From positions 1-58,965 of the forward strand of contig CAZJOA010000001.1 in the NCBI GenBank assembly GCA_964547515.1: 58,965 bases of DNA. The letters are read 5' to 3'. Below are positions 35,780 through 45,879 of this stretch, in pieces. The position numbers and the translations under genes are program-made. How positions within the stretch are numbered: the stretch's first letter is position 1; the number at the start of each line of letters is the position of its first letter. Below the pieces are notes generated by a model that was not told the origin of the DNA, ran no database searches, and saw only the letters and a list, made by a program, of their open reading frames with translations. The DNA comes from an uncultured Faecalibacterium sp. (lineage in GTDB: Bacteria; Bacillota; Clostridia; Christensenellales; Aristaeellaceae).

Positions 35780-38662
35780 ATGCGTGTGAAAAGACTGATC
35801 GCAATGCTGATGGCTATCCAGTTGTGCGTAACCCTGTGCCTGGCGGGCATGCTGCGATCCGTCCGTGCGGAGGACGCTTCGGAGGCGGCGGAGGACACTG
35901 CCGCCCTGCTGACGGACAGCGGCACGGATTCCTATGCGGATCACCTGGCGCGTTACGCCGCCTTCCGCGGTGCCAATGCGGATGCGTCGGTCTGCATCGT
36001 GTCCGCCGCTGCGTCCGCCACGAATCGCGGCGCGGATGCCGTCCTCGAGGACGACGGCACGCTGCGCTTCGACAAGGGACAGGCCTTCGCTGATTTCGCC
36101 GTCACCGTCGAAAAAAGCGGCTTCTACCGTATCGTGCTGGATTACGCCCAGACCGTGGAGACCAACAAGAGCATCACCTTCGGCCTGCTGATCGACGGCG
36201 CGTATCCCTTTGGCGAGGCGGCGGAGATCACCGTGCCCCGGGTCTTCGCCGACAGCGGCGACATCCGCTTGGACAGCGTGGGCAATGAGATCACCCCGAA
36301 GCAGTCGCCCGTGCTGACCCTTCAGTCCAGCGCGCTGAAGAACACCAATGGCTATTACGACAGCGACTACCTGTTCTATTTCGATGCCGGAGAGCATACC
36401 GTCAGCCTCATCGGCGGCGATGTGCAGTTCCGCATTGGTGCTCTTCGCCTGGTGGGCGAACGCGCCGATACCGCATACGCCGATTACCTCGCCGCCCATC
36501 CCGGTCAGGACACCACCGGCCTGATGGTGAAGGTGCAGGCCGAAAAGGCTTATCAGAAGTCCGATTCGGTGCTGTATGCCAATTACGACCGGGTCAATGC
36601 GGCGACGGAGGATCAGCATGGCGGACTGAACGACCCGAAGTACATCCGGATCAACACGATCGGGGGCAGCCTGTGGAAAACGCCGGGGCAGTGGATCAGC
36701 TGGCAGATCGAAGTGCCGGAGGACGGCTGCTACAATCTGGGGATGAAGTTCCGGCAGAATTATCTGGACGGCCTGTTCACCAGCCGCGACATCTACATCG
36801 ACGGCGAGATCCCCTTTGCGGAGCTGCAAGGGGTGAAGTTCGCCTACGATGATGAGTGGCAGACCGTCACCCTGTCGGACGAAAACGGCGAACCGCTCAG
36901 GCTCTTCCTGACGAAGGGGACGCACGAGATCCGCATGGAGGTCACCATGGGGGACTTCGCCGAGACATTGCGCACGCTCAGCGACTGCATCTTCGACGTG
37001 AACGACCTGTATCGGCGCATCATCATGATCACCTCCACCCGGCCGGATTCGTACACGGACTACTTCCTGACCGAGCGCATCCCGGATATGCTTGCGGTGA
37101 TGTCCCAGTGCCGGGACACGCTGACGGAGCAGATCGGGAGCATCGCGGCCATCGCGGGCGCGAAGGGCAGCAAGACATCGACCCTGGATACGCTGCGGGT
37201 GCAGCTGGAACTCTTCCTGTCCGACCCGGAGGAGATCCCCAAGCGGCTGTCCTCCTTCAAGGATAACATCTCCGCCGTGGGGTCGTGGCTGGTGGACATT
37301 CAGGCGCAGGCGCTCCAGCTGGATTACCTGTATGTGAAATCGCCGGATGTGCCAACGCCCAAGGCTGAGGCGGACTTCCTGACCAACGCGGGGTTCTCGT
37401 TCAGGCGCTTCCTGGCGTCCTTCGATGCCAGCGCGAGTGCGCTTTCTGCCACGGAGGACACGCAAGCGCCCCGTGTGAAGGTGTGGCTGTCCGGTTCGGG
37501 ACGCGATCAGGCGCAGGTGCTCAAGGATCTGATCGATGAGAGCTTCACGCCCGAGACGGGCATCGTCGTCGATCTGGAATTGGTGCAGGGGTCACTCATC
37601 GAGGCGACGCTGGCCGGGATGGGCCCGGATGTGGCATTGCTGGTGGGGGAGGATCAGCCGGTGAACTTCGCCATTCGCGGTGCACTTTGCGACCTGACCC
37701 AATTTGCGGATTTCGACGAGATCACCGGCCGCTTCCATGATGCGGCGCTGACGCCCTTCTGGTACAATGGCGGCTGCTATGCCCTGCCGGACACGCAGGT
37801 GTTCAACATGCTCTTCTACCGCACGGATGTGTTCGCCGATCTGGGCATCGAAGCCCCGGACACCTGGGAGGACTTCTATGCCCTGCTGCCCATCATCCAG
37901 CGCAGCAATCTGCAGATCACCGTGCAGGATCTGTTCGCGACGCTGTATTTCCAGCGCGGCGGCGCGTATTACAACGAAACGGGCACGCGCTCGCTCCTGG
38001 ACAGCGAAACGGCCATCGAGGCCATGACGGCCTACACCGACCTGTACACCACCTACGGCTTCGAGGTCAAGACGGACTTCTATTCGCGCTTCCGTTCGGG
38101 CGAACTGGTTATGTCCATCCAGCCATACAATGTGTATAATCAGCTGACGGTGGCCGCGCCGGAAATATCCGGGCTGTGGGAGATGCTGCCCATCCCGGGG
38201 ACGGTTCTGCCGGATGGGAGCATCAGCCGGGCGCAGAACACCGCCGTGACGGGCACGATCATGCTGGAAAGCGCCAGGGACAAGGACGCGGCGTGGGAAT
38301 TCATGAAATGGTGGAGCCGAGCGGATGTCAAGGCGAGCTACGGCATTTCCCTGGAGGGGCTGATGGGACCCAGTGCACGCTTCACCCCGGCGAACATCGA
38401 CACCATGGCGCTGCTGCCCTGGTCGAATGACGAGCTGGACGCGCTGATGGAAGCAATGGCGCTGTGCGTGGGCATTCCCCAGCTGCCCGGCAGCTATTAC
38501 ACAACGCGTGGGCTGACGAATGCGTTCCGCACCATCGTCTACAACGACAAGATGCCGCCGAGCGTCATGAAGCTGCAAACGCGCTACATTAATGAAGAGA
38601 TCACGCGCAAGCGAGAGGAATTCGGACTGACGACCTATGAGGAGGAGGCTGCAAATGAGTAA
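35780..38662 (+). CDS. giant (960 aa) extracellular protein: N-terminal CBM-like beta domains, helical linker, C-terminal solute-binding domain
   Basis: Signal peptide MRVKRLIAMLMAIQLCVTLCLAG. The last 400 aa or so resemble family-1 SBPs (VKVWLSGSG..., FWYNGGCYALPDTQ). Confidence 0.7.
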   Translation: MRVKRLIAMLMAIQLCVTLCLAGMLRSVRAEDASEAAEDTAALLTDSGTDSYADHLARYAAFRGANADASVCIVSAAASATNRGADAVLEDDGTLRFDKGQAFADFAVTVEKSGFYRIVLDYAQTVETNKSITFGLLIDGAYPFGEAAEITVPRVFADSGDIRLDSVGNEITPKQSPVLTLQSSALKNTNGYYDSDYLFYFDAGEHTVSLIGGDVQFRIGALRLVGERADTAYADYLAAHPGQDTTGLMVKVQAEKAYQKSDSVLYANYDRVNAATEDQHGGLNDPKYIRINTIGGSLWKTPGQWISWQIEVPEDGCYNLGMKFRQNYLDGLFTSRDIYIDGEIPFAELQGVKFAYDDEWQTVTLSDENGEPLRLFLTKGTHEIRMEVTMGDFAETLRTLSDCIFDVNDLYRRIIMITSTRPDSYTDYFLTERIPDMLAVMSQCRDTLTEQIGSIAAIAGAKGSKTSTLDTLRVQLELFLSDPEEIPKRLSSFKDNISAVGSWLVDIQAQALQLDYLYVKSPDVPTPKAEADFLTNAGFSFRRFLASFDASASALSATEDTQAPRVKVWLSGSGRDQAQVLKDLIDESFTPETGIVVDLELVQGSLIEATLAGMGPDVALLVGEDQPVNFAIRGALCDLTQFADFDEITGRFHDAALTPFWYNGGCYALPDTQVFNMLFYRTDVFADLGIEAPDTWEDFYALLPIIQRSNLQITVQDLFATLYFQRGGAYYNETGTRSLLDSETAIEAMTAYTDLYTTYGFEVKTDFYSRFRSGELVMSIQPYNVYNQLTVAAPEISGLWEMLPIPGTVLPDGSISRAQNTAVTGTIMLESARDKDAAWEFMKWWSRADVKASYGISLEGLMGPSARFTPANIDTMALLPWSNDELDALMEAMALCVGIPQLPGSYYTTRGLTNAFRTIVYNDKMPPSVMKLQTRYINEEITRKREEFGLTTYEEEAANE

Positions 38663-39614
38663 CACCTGGCTGGCAGCGGCAAAGCGTGTCGTGTGCCCAC
38701 CCCGGATCAAAAGCAACTACACTCTGGGTCAGCAGATCTGGCGCAGTCGGGAGAGCTACCTGCTGCTCCTGCCGTATTTCGTGCTGTTCACGCTGTTCAC
38801 GGTGATCCCCGTGGCGGCATCGCTGGTGCTTGGGTTCACCTACTTCAACATGCTCAACGTGCCGTCCTTCGTGGGGCTGGCGAACTACGAGGCGCTCTTC
38901 CTGAATGACGAGATCTTCCTGCTGGCGGTGAAGAACACGCTGATCTTCTCCTTCCTCACCGGGCCGGTCAGCTACCTGCTCTGCTTCGTGCTGGCCTGGT
39001 TCATCAACGACCTGCCGCGCTTTTTGCGCACCTTCATGACGCTGGTGTTCTATGCGCCGTCGCTGTCGGGGAATATGTACATGATCTGGCAGTTCATCTT
39101 CTCCGATGACCAATATGGTCTGGCGAATTCGTTCCTGATGACCTTCCTGAACATCGGCATCATCGACGAGCCGATCAAGTGGTTCACGGATGAATCCTGG
39201 GTGATGCTCTCGCTGATCGTCGTGCAGCTGTGGCTGAGCCTGGGTGCGGGCTTCCTGGCGTTCATCGCGGGGTTCAAGGTGGTGGACAAGACCATCTACG
39301 AGGCGGGTGCAGTGGACGGCATCAAGAACCGCTGGCAGGAGCTGTTCTACCTGACCATCCCGTCGATGAAGCACCAGATGCTCTTCGGCGCGGTGATGCA
39401 GATCTCCTCCTCCTTCGCCGTGGGCAATATCTCCATCCAGCTGGCGGGCTTCCCCAGCACGAACTACGCCGCGCATACCATCATGACGCACATCCACGAC
39501 TATGGCTCTGTCCGCTATGACATGGGCTATGCCTGTGCCATATCGACGGTGCTTCTGCTGGTGATGCTCCTGACGAACAAGGTCATCAGCAGTGTGCTGG
39601 TGGAAAAGGACTGA
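38655..39614 (+). CDS. ABC sugar permease (MalF-like)
   Basis: Polytopic. EAA loop YEAGAVDGIKNRWQELFYLTIP. Confidence 0.85.
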   Translation: MSNTWLAAAKRVVCPPRIKSNYTLGQQIWRSRESYLLLLPYFVLFTLFTVIPVAASLVLGFTYFNMLNVPSFVGLANYEALFLNDEIFLLAVKNTLIFSFLTGPVSYLLCFVLAWFINDLPRFLRTFMTLVFYAPSLSGNMYMIWQFIFSDDQYGLANSFLMTFLNIGIIDEPIKWFTDESWVMLSLIVVQLWLSLGAGFLAFIAGFKVVDKTIYEAGAVDGIKNRWQELFYLTIPSMKHQMLFGAVMQISSSFAVGNISIQLAGFPSTNYAAHTIMTHIHDYGSVRYDMGYACAISTVLLLVMLLTNKVISSVLVEKD

Positions 39615-39627
39615 GGAGGGAAGGGAC

Positions 39628-40551
39628 ATGACAACGAAACAGACTTCCCTCCGGGCGAACGCCGTGCGGCCGGAGGATGCCCCGCAGAAGAAGAAGCCCG
39701 TGGCGCAGACGCATCAGATCAACCGCTCGACGGGCGGGAATATCTGCGTGTTCCTGTGTCTGCTGGCGGTGGGGTCGTTCATGGCGCTGCCGATCGTCTA
39801 TTCGGTGGTGCAGGCCTTCAAGCCCATGGAGGAGATATTCATCTTCCCGCCGCGCTTCTTCGTCACCAATCCGACCATCAAGAACTTCAAGCTCATCGGT
39901 CAGCTGGCCGGCAGCCTCTGGGTACCCTTTGAGCGCTACCTGTTCAACAGCGTGTTCGTCAGCTTCGCGGGCACGCTGGGCAATGTGCTGATCTCATCCA
40001 TGGCGGCGTTCCCGCTGGCGAAGCACAATTTCCCCGGCAAGAACTTCCTGTTCAAGGTCGTCACGGTGTCCCTGCTGTTCTCCGGAGGCGTCATCGGCCT
40101 GGCGCAGTACATCGTCATGGCCAAGCTGAACCTCATCAACACCTATTGGGCGCTGATCCTGCCGACCATCGCGTCATCGATGGGACTGTTCCTGATGAAG
40201 CAGTTCATGGTGCAGATCAACGAGTCGCTGCTGGAGGCGGCGCGCATCGACGGCATGACGGAAACGCAGATCTTCTTCAGGATCATCATGCCGCTGGTGA
40301 AGCCGGCCTGGCTGACGCAGATCATCTTCGCGTTCCAGGGCGTGTGGAGCATGACGGGCGGCAACTTCATCTACAAGGAGGAGCTGAAGCTCTTCCCGAC
40401 GGCGCTGGCGCAGATCCAGTCCGGCGGCATCGCCCGTGCGGGTGTTTCCGCCGCCGCGGCGCTCATCATGCTGATCCCGCCGGTCATCATGTTCCTCATC
40501 ACGCAGAGCAGCATCATGGAGACCATGGCGCATGCGGGCATTAAGGAGTAA
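39628..40551 (+). CDS. ABC sugar permease (MalG-like)
   Basis: Polytopic. EAA loop LLEAARIDGMTETQIFFRIIMP. Confidence 0.85.
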   Translation: MTTKQTSLRANAVRPEDAPQKKKPVAQTHQINRSTGGNICVFLCLLAVGSFMALPIVYSVVQAFKPMEEIFIFPPRFFVTNPTIKNFKLIGQLAGSLWVPFERYLFNSVFVSFAGTLGNVLISSMAAFPLAKHNFPGKNFLFKVVTVSLLFSGGVIGLAQYIVMAKLNLINTYWALILPTIASSMGLFLMKQFMVQINESLLEAARIDGMTETQIFFRIIMPLVKPAWLTQIIFAFQGVWSMTGGNFIYKEELKLFPTALAQIQSGGIARAGVSAAAALIMLIPPVIMFLITQSSIMETMAHAGIKE

Positions 40552-40555
40552 AGCG

Positions 40556-42019
40556 ATGAAAAAGAAGCAATGGATCGCACTGATGCTGCTCATCGGCGTT
40601 CTCCTGGGCAATGTGAGCGCCATGGCGGACTACCGGTATGACGAGTTTGACGACACCATCCCGGCGCAGGCGGGCTTCACGGCGCGGACGACCCGGAATG
40701 GCCGACAGCTCGGCGTGGGTGCATTCAAGCAGCCCACCGACCTGTATGTGGATGACATCCGCCGTGAGATCTACGTCCTGGACGCGGGCAACAGCCGCAT
40801 CGTCATCCTGAATGACGGTTTTCAGGCCGTGCAGGTGGTGGAGGCGCTGCATCAGGGCGGGGAAGCGATGGATCTGACCGGCGCGACGGGCATCTTCGTG
40901 GATGCATCCGGCCTGATCTATGTGGCGGACGGCACGAATCAGCGTGTTCTGGTCGCCGATCGCACGGGCGAAGTCCAGCGCGTGGTGACGCGCCCCACCT
41001 CCGGCCTGCTGGCGGACAGCATCAACTACATCCCGCGCAATGTCATCATCGATGGCATCGGCATCATGTACATCATCTCGCAGAATTCGACGCAGGGGGC
41101 GTACATGCTGGACAAGCAGGGGAATTTCCTGGGCTTTTACGGGCGGAACGATGTGGCGGTGACGGCATCGGTGCTGTATCAGGCGATGCTGCGTGAGCTG
41201 GCGACGGAGAAGCAGCGCGCGGGCATGGCGAACTTCATCCCGGTGGAATTCGCCAATTTCGATGTGGACAGCGAGGGCTTCATCTACACCGTGACGGCCT
41301 ATGCGGATAATCGCCGCAATTTCGACATGATCCGCAAGCTCAATCCGCTGGGGGACAACATCCTCACCAACCTCTACCGTTCGTATGGCGACGATCCCCA
41401 GGCCAACGGGCAGTACACCACGTCCTACTGCGATGTGGTGGTGGACGGCGATGGCTTCATCTACGCGCTGGACGCGTATAACGGGCGCATCTTCCAGTAT
41501 GACAGCGAGGGCTTCCAGCTGTCGATCTTCGGCGGGAAGGGGAATCAGCAGGGGTGCTTCAACACGCCGGTGGCGATCGAATGCCTGGATGAGCGCATCC
41601 TGGTGCTGGACAAGGCGAAGGCGAACATCACCGTGTTTGAGGAGACGCGATTCGGCGGACTCCTCCGGGAGGGCATGGTCGCATACAACTCGGGCAGCCT
41701 GGAGGCCTCCATGCCGTATTTTGAAGAGCTGATCCGCATGGACGCGAACTTCTTCTTCGCCTATTATGTCCTGGCGGATGCCTATTATGAGCTGGGTGAA
41801 TACGCCCTGGCGGAGAAGTATGCCAAGCTGACACCCTATGCCGCCGAGGTGTACTCGCTGGCCAAGAAGGAATTGCGCAACGCCTGGCTGCGGGAGCATT
41901 TCGCGCTGATCTTCATCGCGGCGGTGGCAGCCGGACTCGCGCTGATGTTCATCAGCCGTGTGCGGGAGGAAATGCGCCGGGGCCCGCGCCCCATGACCGG
42001 AAAGGAGGCGGCACGATGA
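40556..42019 (+). CDS. extracytoplasmic NHL-repeat beta-propeller / TPR protein with C-terminal membrane anchor
   Basis: Signal peptide. Repeated ...IYVLDAGNSRIVIL..., ...IYVADGTNQRVLV..., ...IYALDAYNGRIFQY..., ...ILVLDKAKANITVF... TPR-like tail. TM helix FALIFIAAVAAGLALMFI. Confidence 0.65.
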   Translation: MKKKQWIALMLLIGVLLGNVSAMADYRYDEFDDTIPAQAGFTARTTRNGRQLGVGAFKQPTDLYVDDIRREIYVLDAGNSRIVILNDGFQAVQVVEALHQGGEAMDLTGATGIFVDASGLIYVADGTNQRVLVADRTGEVQRVVTRPTSGLLADSINYIPRNVIIDGIGIMYIISQNSTQGAYMLDKQGNFLGFYGRNDVAVTASVLYQAMLRELATEKQRAGMANFIPVEFANFDVDSEGFIYTVTAYADNRRNFDMIRKLNPLGDNILTNLYRSYGDDPQANGQYTTSYCDVVVDGDGFIYALDAYNGRIFQYDSEGFQLSIFGGKGNQQGCFNTPVAIECLDERILVLDKAKANITVFEETRFGGLLREGMVAYNSGSLEASMPYFEELIRMDANFFFAYYVLADAYYELGEYALAEKYAKLTPYAAEVYSLAKKELRNAWLREHFALIFIAAVAAGLALMFISRVREEMRRGPRPMTGKEAAR

Positions 42020-42654
42020 AGGTGCAGAACTATGCGTCCCTGAGCAAGACGGGCTATCTGTTCCACATCCTGCTCCATCCGGTGGATGGGTATCACGAGA
42101 TGAAGAACAACAGCAAGTTCTCCATGCTGATCGCGAATATCCTTCTGGGGCTGTGGGTGCTGCTGAGCATCCTGGACTGGGGGTACATCGATTACGACTT
42201 CCGGACGAATTATGCGGATGTCGAGCTGATCTTCATCCTGGGCACGACGGTGCTCCTCTTCGCGATGAGCGTGCTGAGCAACTGGGCCTTCTGCACGCTG
42301 CTGGACGGAAAGGGCCGGGCGAAGGAGATCTGGGTCGTGGGGGCGTATGCGCTCCTGCCGTACCTGATCTGCGGTTATCTGCGCGTGTGCCTGTCGTTCT
42401 TCATGGTCGTGGACGAGGCCGTCTTCCTGACCTATTTGCAGTCCGTCGCCGTCCTGTGGTCAGCGGCGCTGCTCATCATCGGGCTGGGGGCGCTGCATGA
42501 ATACGACCTGAAGAAGACCCTGGGCTCGATCCTGCTGACGATCCTGGGCGACCTCATCATCATCTTCCTGATGGTGCTGGTGTCGGGGCTGGTGACGCAG
42601 ATCATCAACTTTTTCCAGACCGTCATCAGCGAGATCTACTACCGCATTAATTAA
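42016..42654 (+). CDS. Yip1-domain integral membrane protein
   Basis: 212 aa, 5 predicted TM helices. The N-terminus HPVDGYHEMK is typical of bacterial Yip1-like proteins. Confidence 0.6.
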   Translation: MKVQNYASLSKTGYLFHILLHPVDGYHEMKNNSKFSMLIANILLGLWVLLSILDWGYIDYDFRTNYADVELIFILGTTVLLFAMSVLSNWAFCTLLDGKGRAKEIWVVGAYALLPYLICGYLRVCLSFFMVVDEAVFLTYLQSVAVLWSAALLIIGLGALHEYDLKKTLGSILLTILGDLIIIFLMVLVSGLVTQIINFFQTVISEIYYRIN

Positions 42655-42664
42655 AGGAGGGGGA

Positions 42665-44947
42665 ATGGCCATGAAAAAGCGGAATGCGATCATCGCCGCA
42701 TCGGCAGCCGTCCTCCTGACGGCGGCAGTGCTGCTGCTTCTGCCCCATCTGAACCGGCTGACGCCCTGGCCGATGGCGCTGGAAGCCCCGGTGCATCAGG
42801 TGACGGGCACGGCGGAGGAGATGCCCGCGTCGGGGAATGCGGATTATCCCATATTGGCGGCGGAGAACGAGGGGTATCGGCTGCTGTGCCGGGAGGACGG
42901 CAGGTTCTGCGTCGTCAGCAAGAGGAACGGCACGGTGTACGCCTCCAATCCGCTGGAGGAGGACAAGAAGGCCGTCGGCATCAACAAGACCAATCTGTCG
43001 AGTCAGCTTTACATCACCTATGCCAACGACGGCGGCAACACGCAGGTCAAGAATTCCACCGTGGAATGCGTCAATAAGGGGTGGCTGACCTACGCGCCGG
43101 TGGAGAATGGCATCCGGTACACCTATGATTTCCAGAAGGCCGGCATCCGCATCCCGGTGGAATACGTCCTGGAGGCGGACGGCCTGCGTGCAACGATCGT
43201 CGTGGATGAGATCGAGGAGGGGGCGAATGGCTACTACCTGACGGAGATCTCGTTCCTGCCGTACTTTGCCGCGGCGAAAAGCGGCGGCGAGGGGTACTTC
43301 CTCGTCCCGGACGGCTCCGGGGCGCTGATCCGCCACAACAACGAGAAGGCGACCTACGGCGCATACAAGCAGGCGGTGTACAGCCGCGATGCCGCGATGA
43401 TCGTGGAGAACCTGTCCGGACAGGAGGAAGCGGCACGGCTGCCGGTCTTCGGCATGAAGAACGGCGACAGCGGCTATCTGGCCGTCATCGGATCGGGGGA
43501 CGGCGTGGCCTATGTCAACGCCATGACCAGTGGCAGCGTGACGAGCTACAACAATGCGTATGCGTCATTCCGCTTCCGCCTGTACACGATGCTGAGCTAT
43601 GCGCGCAGCAATGATTCCCAGCAGATGCTCATGCTGGCGAGCACCAAGCCGGAAAAGCTGGACTACAGCGTGAAGTACCTCCTGCTGGAGAAGGAAGACC
43701 TGGACTATGTGGACATGGCCTGTGCATACCGTGAGCATCTGATCGCGGAGGAGGGGCTGACACCGCGCGTCCCGGAGGACTATGCGCCCTTCTATGTGGA
43801 GCTGCTGGGCGGCATCCGCAAGGATGCGGTGGTGCTGGGCGTGAAGGTGGAGCAGCTGCAAAGGCTGACGACCTTCGCGCAGGCGCAGGAATTGCTCGGC
43901 GTGCTTCAGGACGGCGGCGTGGAGCAGCTGCTTGTGCGCTACAGCGGCTGGCAGGAAGGCGGCAAGGAAGCCGTCCTCAATACCCATGTGAGCTTCGAGG
44001 ACAAGCTGGGCGGTGAGAAGGCCTATCAGGCGCTGGCGGAATATGCGCAGCAGAATGGCATCGAGCTGTTCATGGACTTCGATCTGCTCAACCTGTATGC
44101 AAGCGGCGGCGGTGTGTCCGCCTTCATGGACGCAACGCAGACCATCCAGCATACGCCGACCTACCTGTACACCTACGATTACAACACCCTGGCGAAGAAG
44201 GACAGCAGCCGCTGGCAACTGGTGACACCGCGGATGGCGGCATCGGCGCTGGAGGAGGTGCTCACCCGTCAGGAGAAGCTGCACGGCGCGAATCTGTCCC
44301 TGTCGACCCTGGGGGACACGCTGTATTCCGACTTTGCGGAGAAGTCCACGGGCATCGACCGCGCCAATGTGCGCATGCTCTGGGCGGAAATGCTGCGCCG
44401 GGCGGACGAAAGGTCCGCAAAGCTGCTGGTGGATGGCGGCAATGCCTACGCGCTGCCCCATGTCACCCATATTTACGATGCGCCCATGCGCTGCACCCTC
44501 TATGACATCGAGGATGAGGCCGTGCCGTTCTACCAGATCGTGCTGCATGGGTATGTGTCCTGCTCCACTGAGCCGCTGAACCTCTCCAGCGATCCGGAGG
44601 AGCTGGTGCTCAAGGCGCTGGAGACGGGCAGCAGCCTGAGCGCGTGCCTGATGTACGCGGAGAACCATGCGCTGGCGGACACGAGCCTGGAATACGTCTT
44701 CAGCGGGAATTACGAGACCTGGGTGACGCTGCTTTGCGAGGCGTATGAACGCACGAGCGCGGTGCTGCGGGAGGTGTCCGCCGCCACGATCGTGGATCAC
44801 GAATGCCTGGCGGAGGATGTGTACCGGACGACGTACAGCAATGGCCGCGTGGTCTGCGTCAACTACGGGAGCAAGGCCGTGACGGTGGGGGACTGCACCA
44901 TCCCGGCGAAGGACTTTGTCTGCATGAGCGGAAAGGAGGCGCAGTGA
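42665..44947 (+). CDS. large membrane-anchored extracytoplasmic protein of unknown function (DUF5696-like by recollection)
   Basis: 760 aa. N-terminal TM helix (AIIAASAAVLLTAAVLLLL). No catalytic motif recognised. Confidence 0.5.
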   Translation: MAMKKRNAIIAASAAVLLTAAVLLLLPHLNRLTPWPMALEAPVHQVTGTAEEMPASGNADYPILAAENEGYRLLCREDGRFCVVSKRNGTVYASNPLEEDKKAVGINKTNLSSQLYITYANDGGNTQVKNSTVECVNKGWLTYAPVENGIRYTYDFQKAGIRIPVEYVLEADGLRATIVVDEIEEGANGYYLTEISFLPYFAAAKSGGEGYFLVPDGSGALIRHNNEKATYGAYKQAVYSRDAAMIVENLSGQEEAARLPVFGMKNGDSGYLAVIGSGDGVAYVNAMTSGSVTSYNNAYASFRFRLYTMLSYARSNDSQQMLMLASTKPEKLDYSVKYLLLEKEDLDYVDMACAYREHLIAEEGLTPRVPEDYAPFYVELLGGIRKDAVVLGVKVEQLQRLTTFAQAQELLGVLQDGGVEQLLVRYSGWQEGGKEAVLNTHVSFEDKLGGEKAYQALAEYAQQNGIELFMDFDLLNLYASGGGVSAFMDATQTIQHTPTYLYTYDYNTLAKKDSSRWQLVTPRMAASALEEVLTRQEKLHGANLSLSTLGDTLYSDFAEKSTGIDRANVRMLWAEMLRRADERSAKLLVDGGNAYALPHVTHIYDAPMRCTLYDIEDEAVPFYQIVLHGYVSCSTEPLNLSSDPEELVLKALETGSSLSACLMYAENHALADTSLEYVFSGNYETWVTLLCEAYERTSAVLREVSAATIVDHECLAEDVYRTTYSNGRVVCVNYGSKAVTVGDCTIPAKDFVCMSGKEAQ

Positions 44948-44948
44948 T

Positions 44949-45863
44949 ATGCCCGCGCAAGCAAAACAGAAGCGCCGCGGCAAATGGAACAGGAGCCGCC
45001 GCCGCGAAGCCCTGCAGGGGCTGATGTTCATCCTGCCCTGGCTGATCGGCTTCATCTTCCTGTTCGGCCGACCCCTGTGCACCTCGCTGTACTACGCCTT
45101 CCAGAAGGTGACGTTCACGCCCAATGGCATCCAGACGACCTATATCGGCCTGGAGAACTTCGTCTACAAGTTCCGTGACGATGTGTGGTTCGTCTCCAAG
45201 AGCTTCGCACCGGGCGTTTCCCGATTCCTCTACGAAGTGCCCCTGGTGGTCATCTTCAGCCTGTTCATCGCCATCATCCTCAACCAGAATTTCCGCGGAC
45301 GCACCCTCGCCCGTGCGATGTTCTTCCTGCCGGTCATCATCGCCAGCGGCACGGTCATCATGATCCTGCGCGACCTGGGCGTGAGCACCAATATGGAGGA
45401 GGAGAACACCTACATTTTCAATTCCGGCGGACTGCAAGCCATGCTGACGGCGATGAGCTTCCCTGCGTCCATCGTGAATGTGTTCACGCAGGTGTCCAAC
45501 CGCATCTTTGACATTGTGTGGATGTCGGGCATCCAGATCATCCTGTACCTGTCGGGCTTGCAGAGCATCCCGGCATCGGAATACGAGGCGGCGCAGATCG
45601 AGGGCGCGACGGCCTGGGAGTGCTTCTGGAAGATCACCTGGGTGCGCATTTCTCCCACGATGCTGGTCGTGGTGGTCTATTCCATCATCGACTCCTTCAC
45701 CAATGTGTCCAACGAGATGATCCGGTTCATCAACGACGAATACAATGCCCTCAACTACGGCGGAAGCCTCGGCATGGGCTGGCTGTTCTGCTCCATCTCC
45801 TTTGTGGCACTGATCGTATCCTCCGCCATCATCTCCCGCTATGTGTTCTATGTCAACGACTGA
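44949..45863 (+). CDS. ABC sugar permease
   Basis: EAA loop YEAAQIEGATAWECFWKITWVRISP. Polytopic. Confidence 0.85.
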   Translation: MPAQAKQKRRGKWNRSRRREALQGLMFILPWLIGFIFLFGRPLCTSLYYAFQKVTFTPNGIQTTYIGLENFVYKFRDDVWFVSKSFAPGVSRFLYEVPLVVIFSLFIAIILNQNFRGRTLARAMFFLPVIIASGTVIMILRDLGVSTNMEEENTYIFNSGGLQAMLTAMSFPASIVNVFTQVSNRIFDIVWMSGIQIILYLSGLQSIPASEYEAAQIEGATAWECFWKITWVRISPTMLVVVVYSIIDSFTNVSNEMIRFINDEYNALNYGGSLGMGWLFCSISFVALIVSSAIISRYVFYVND

Positions 45864-45879
45864 GGAGGCAAGTGCAGCA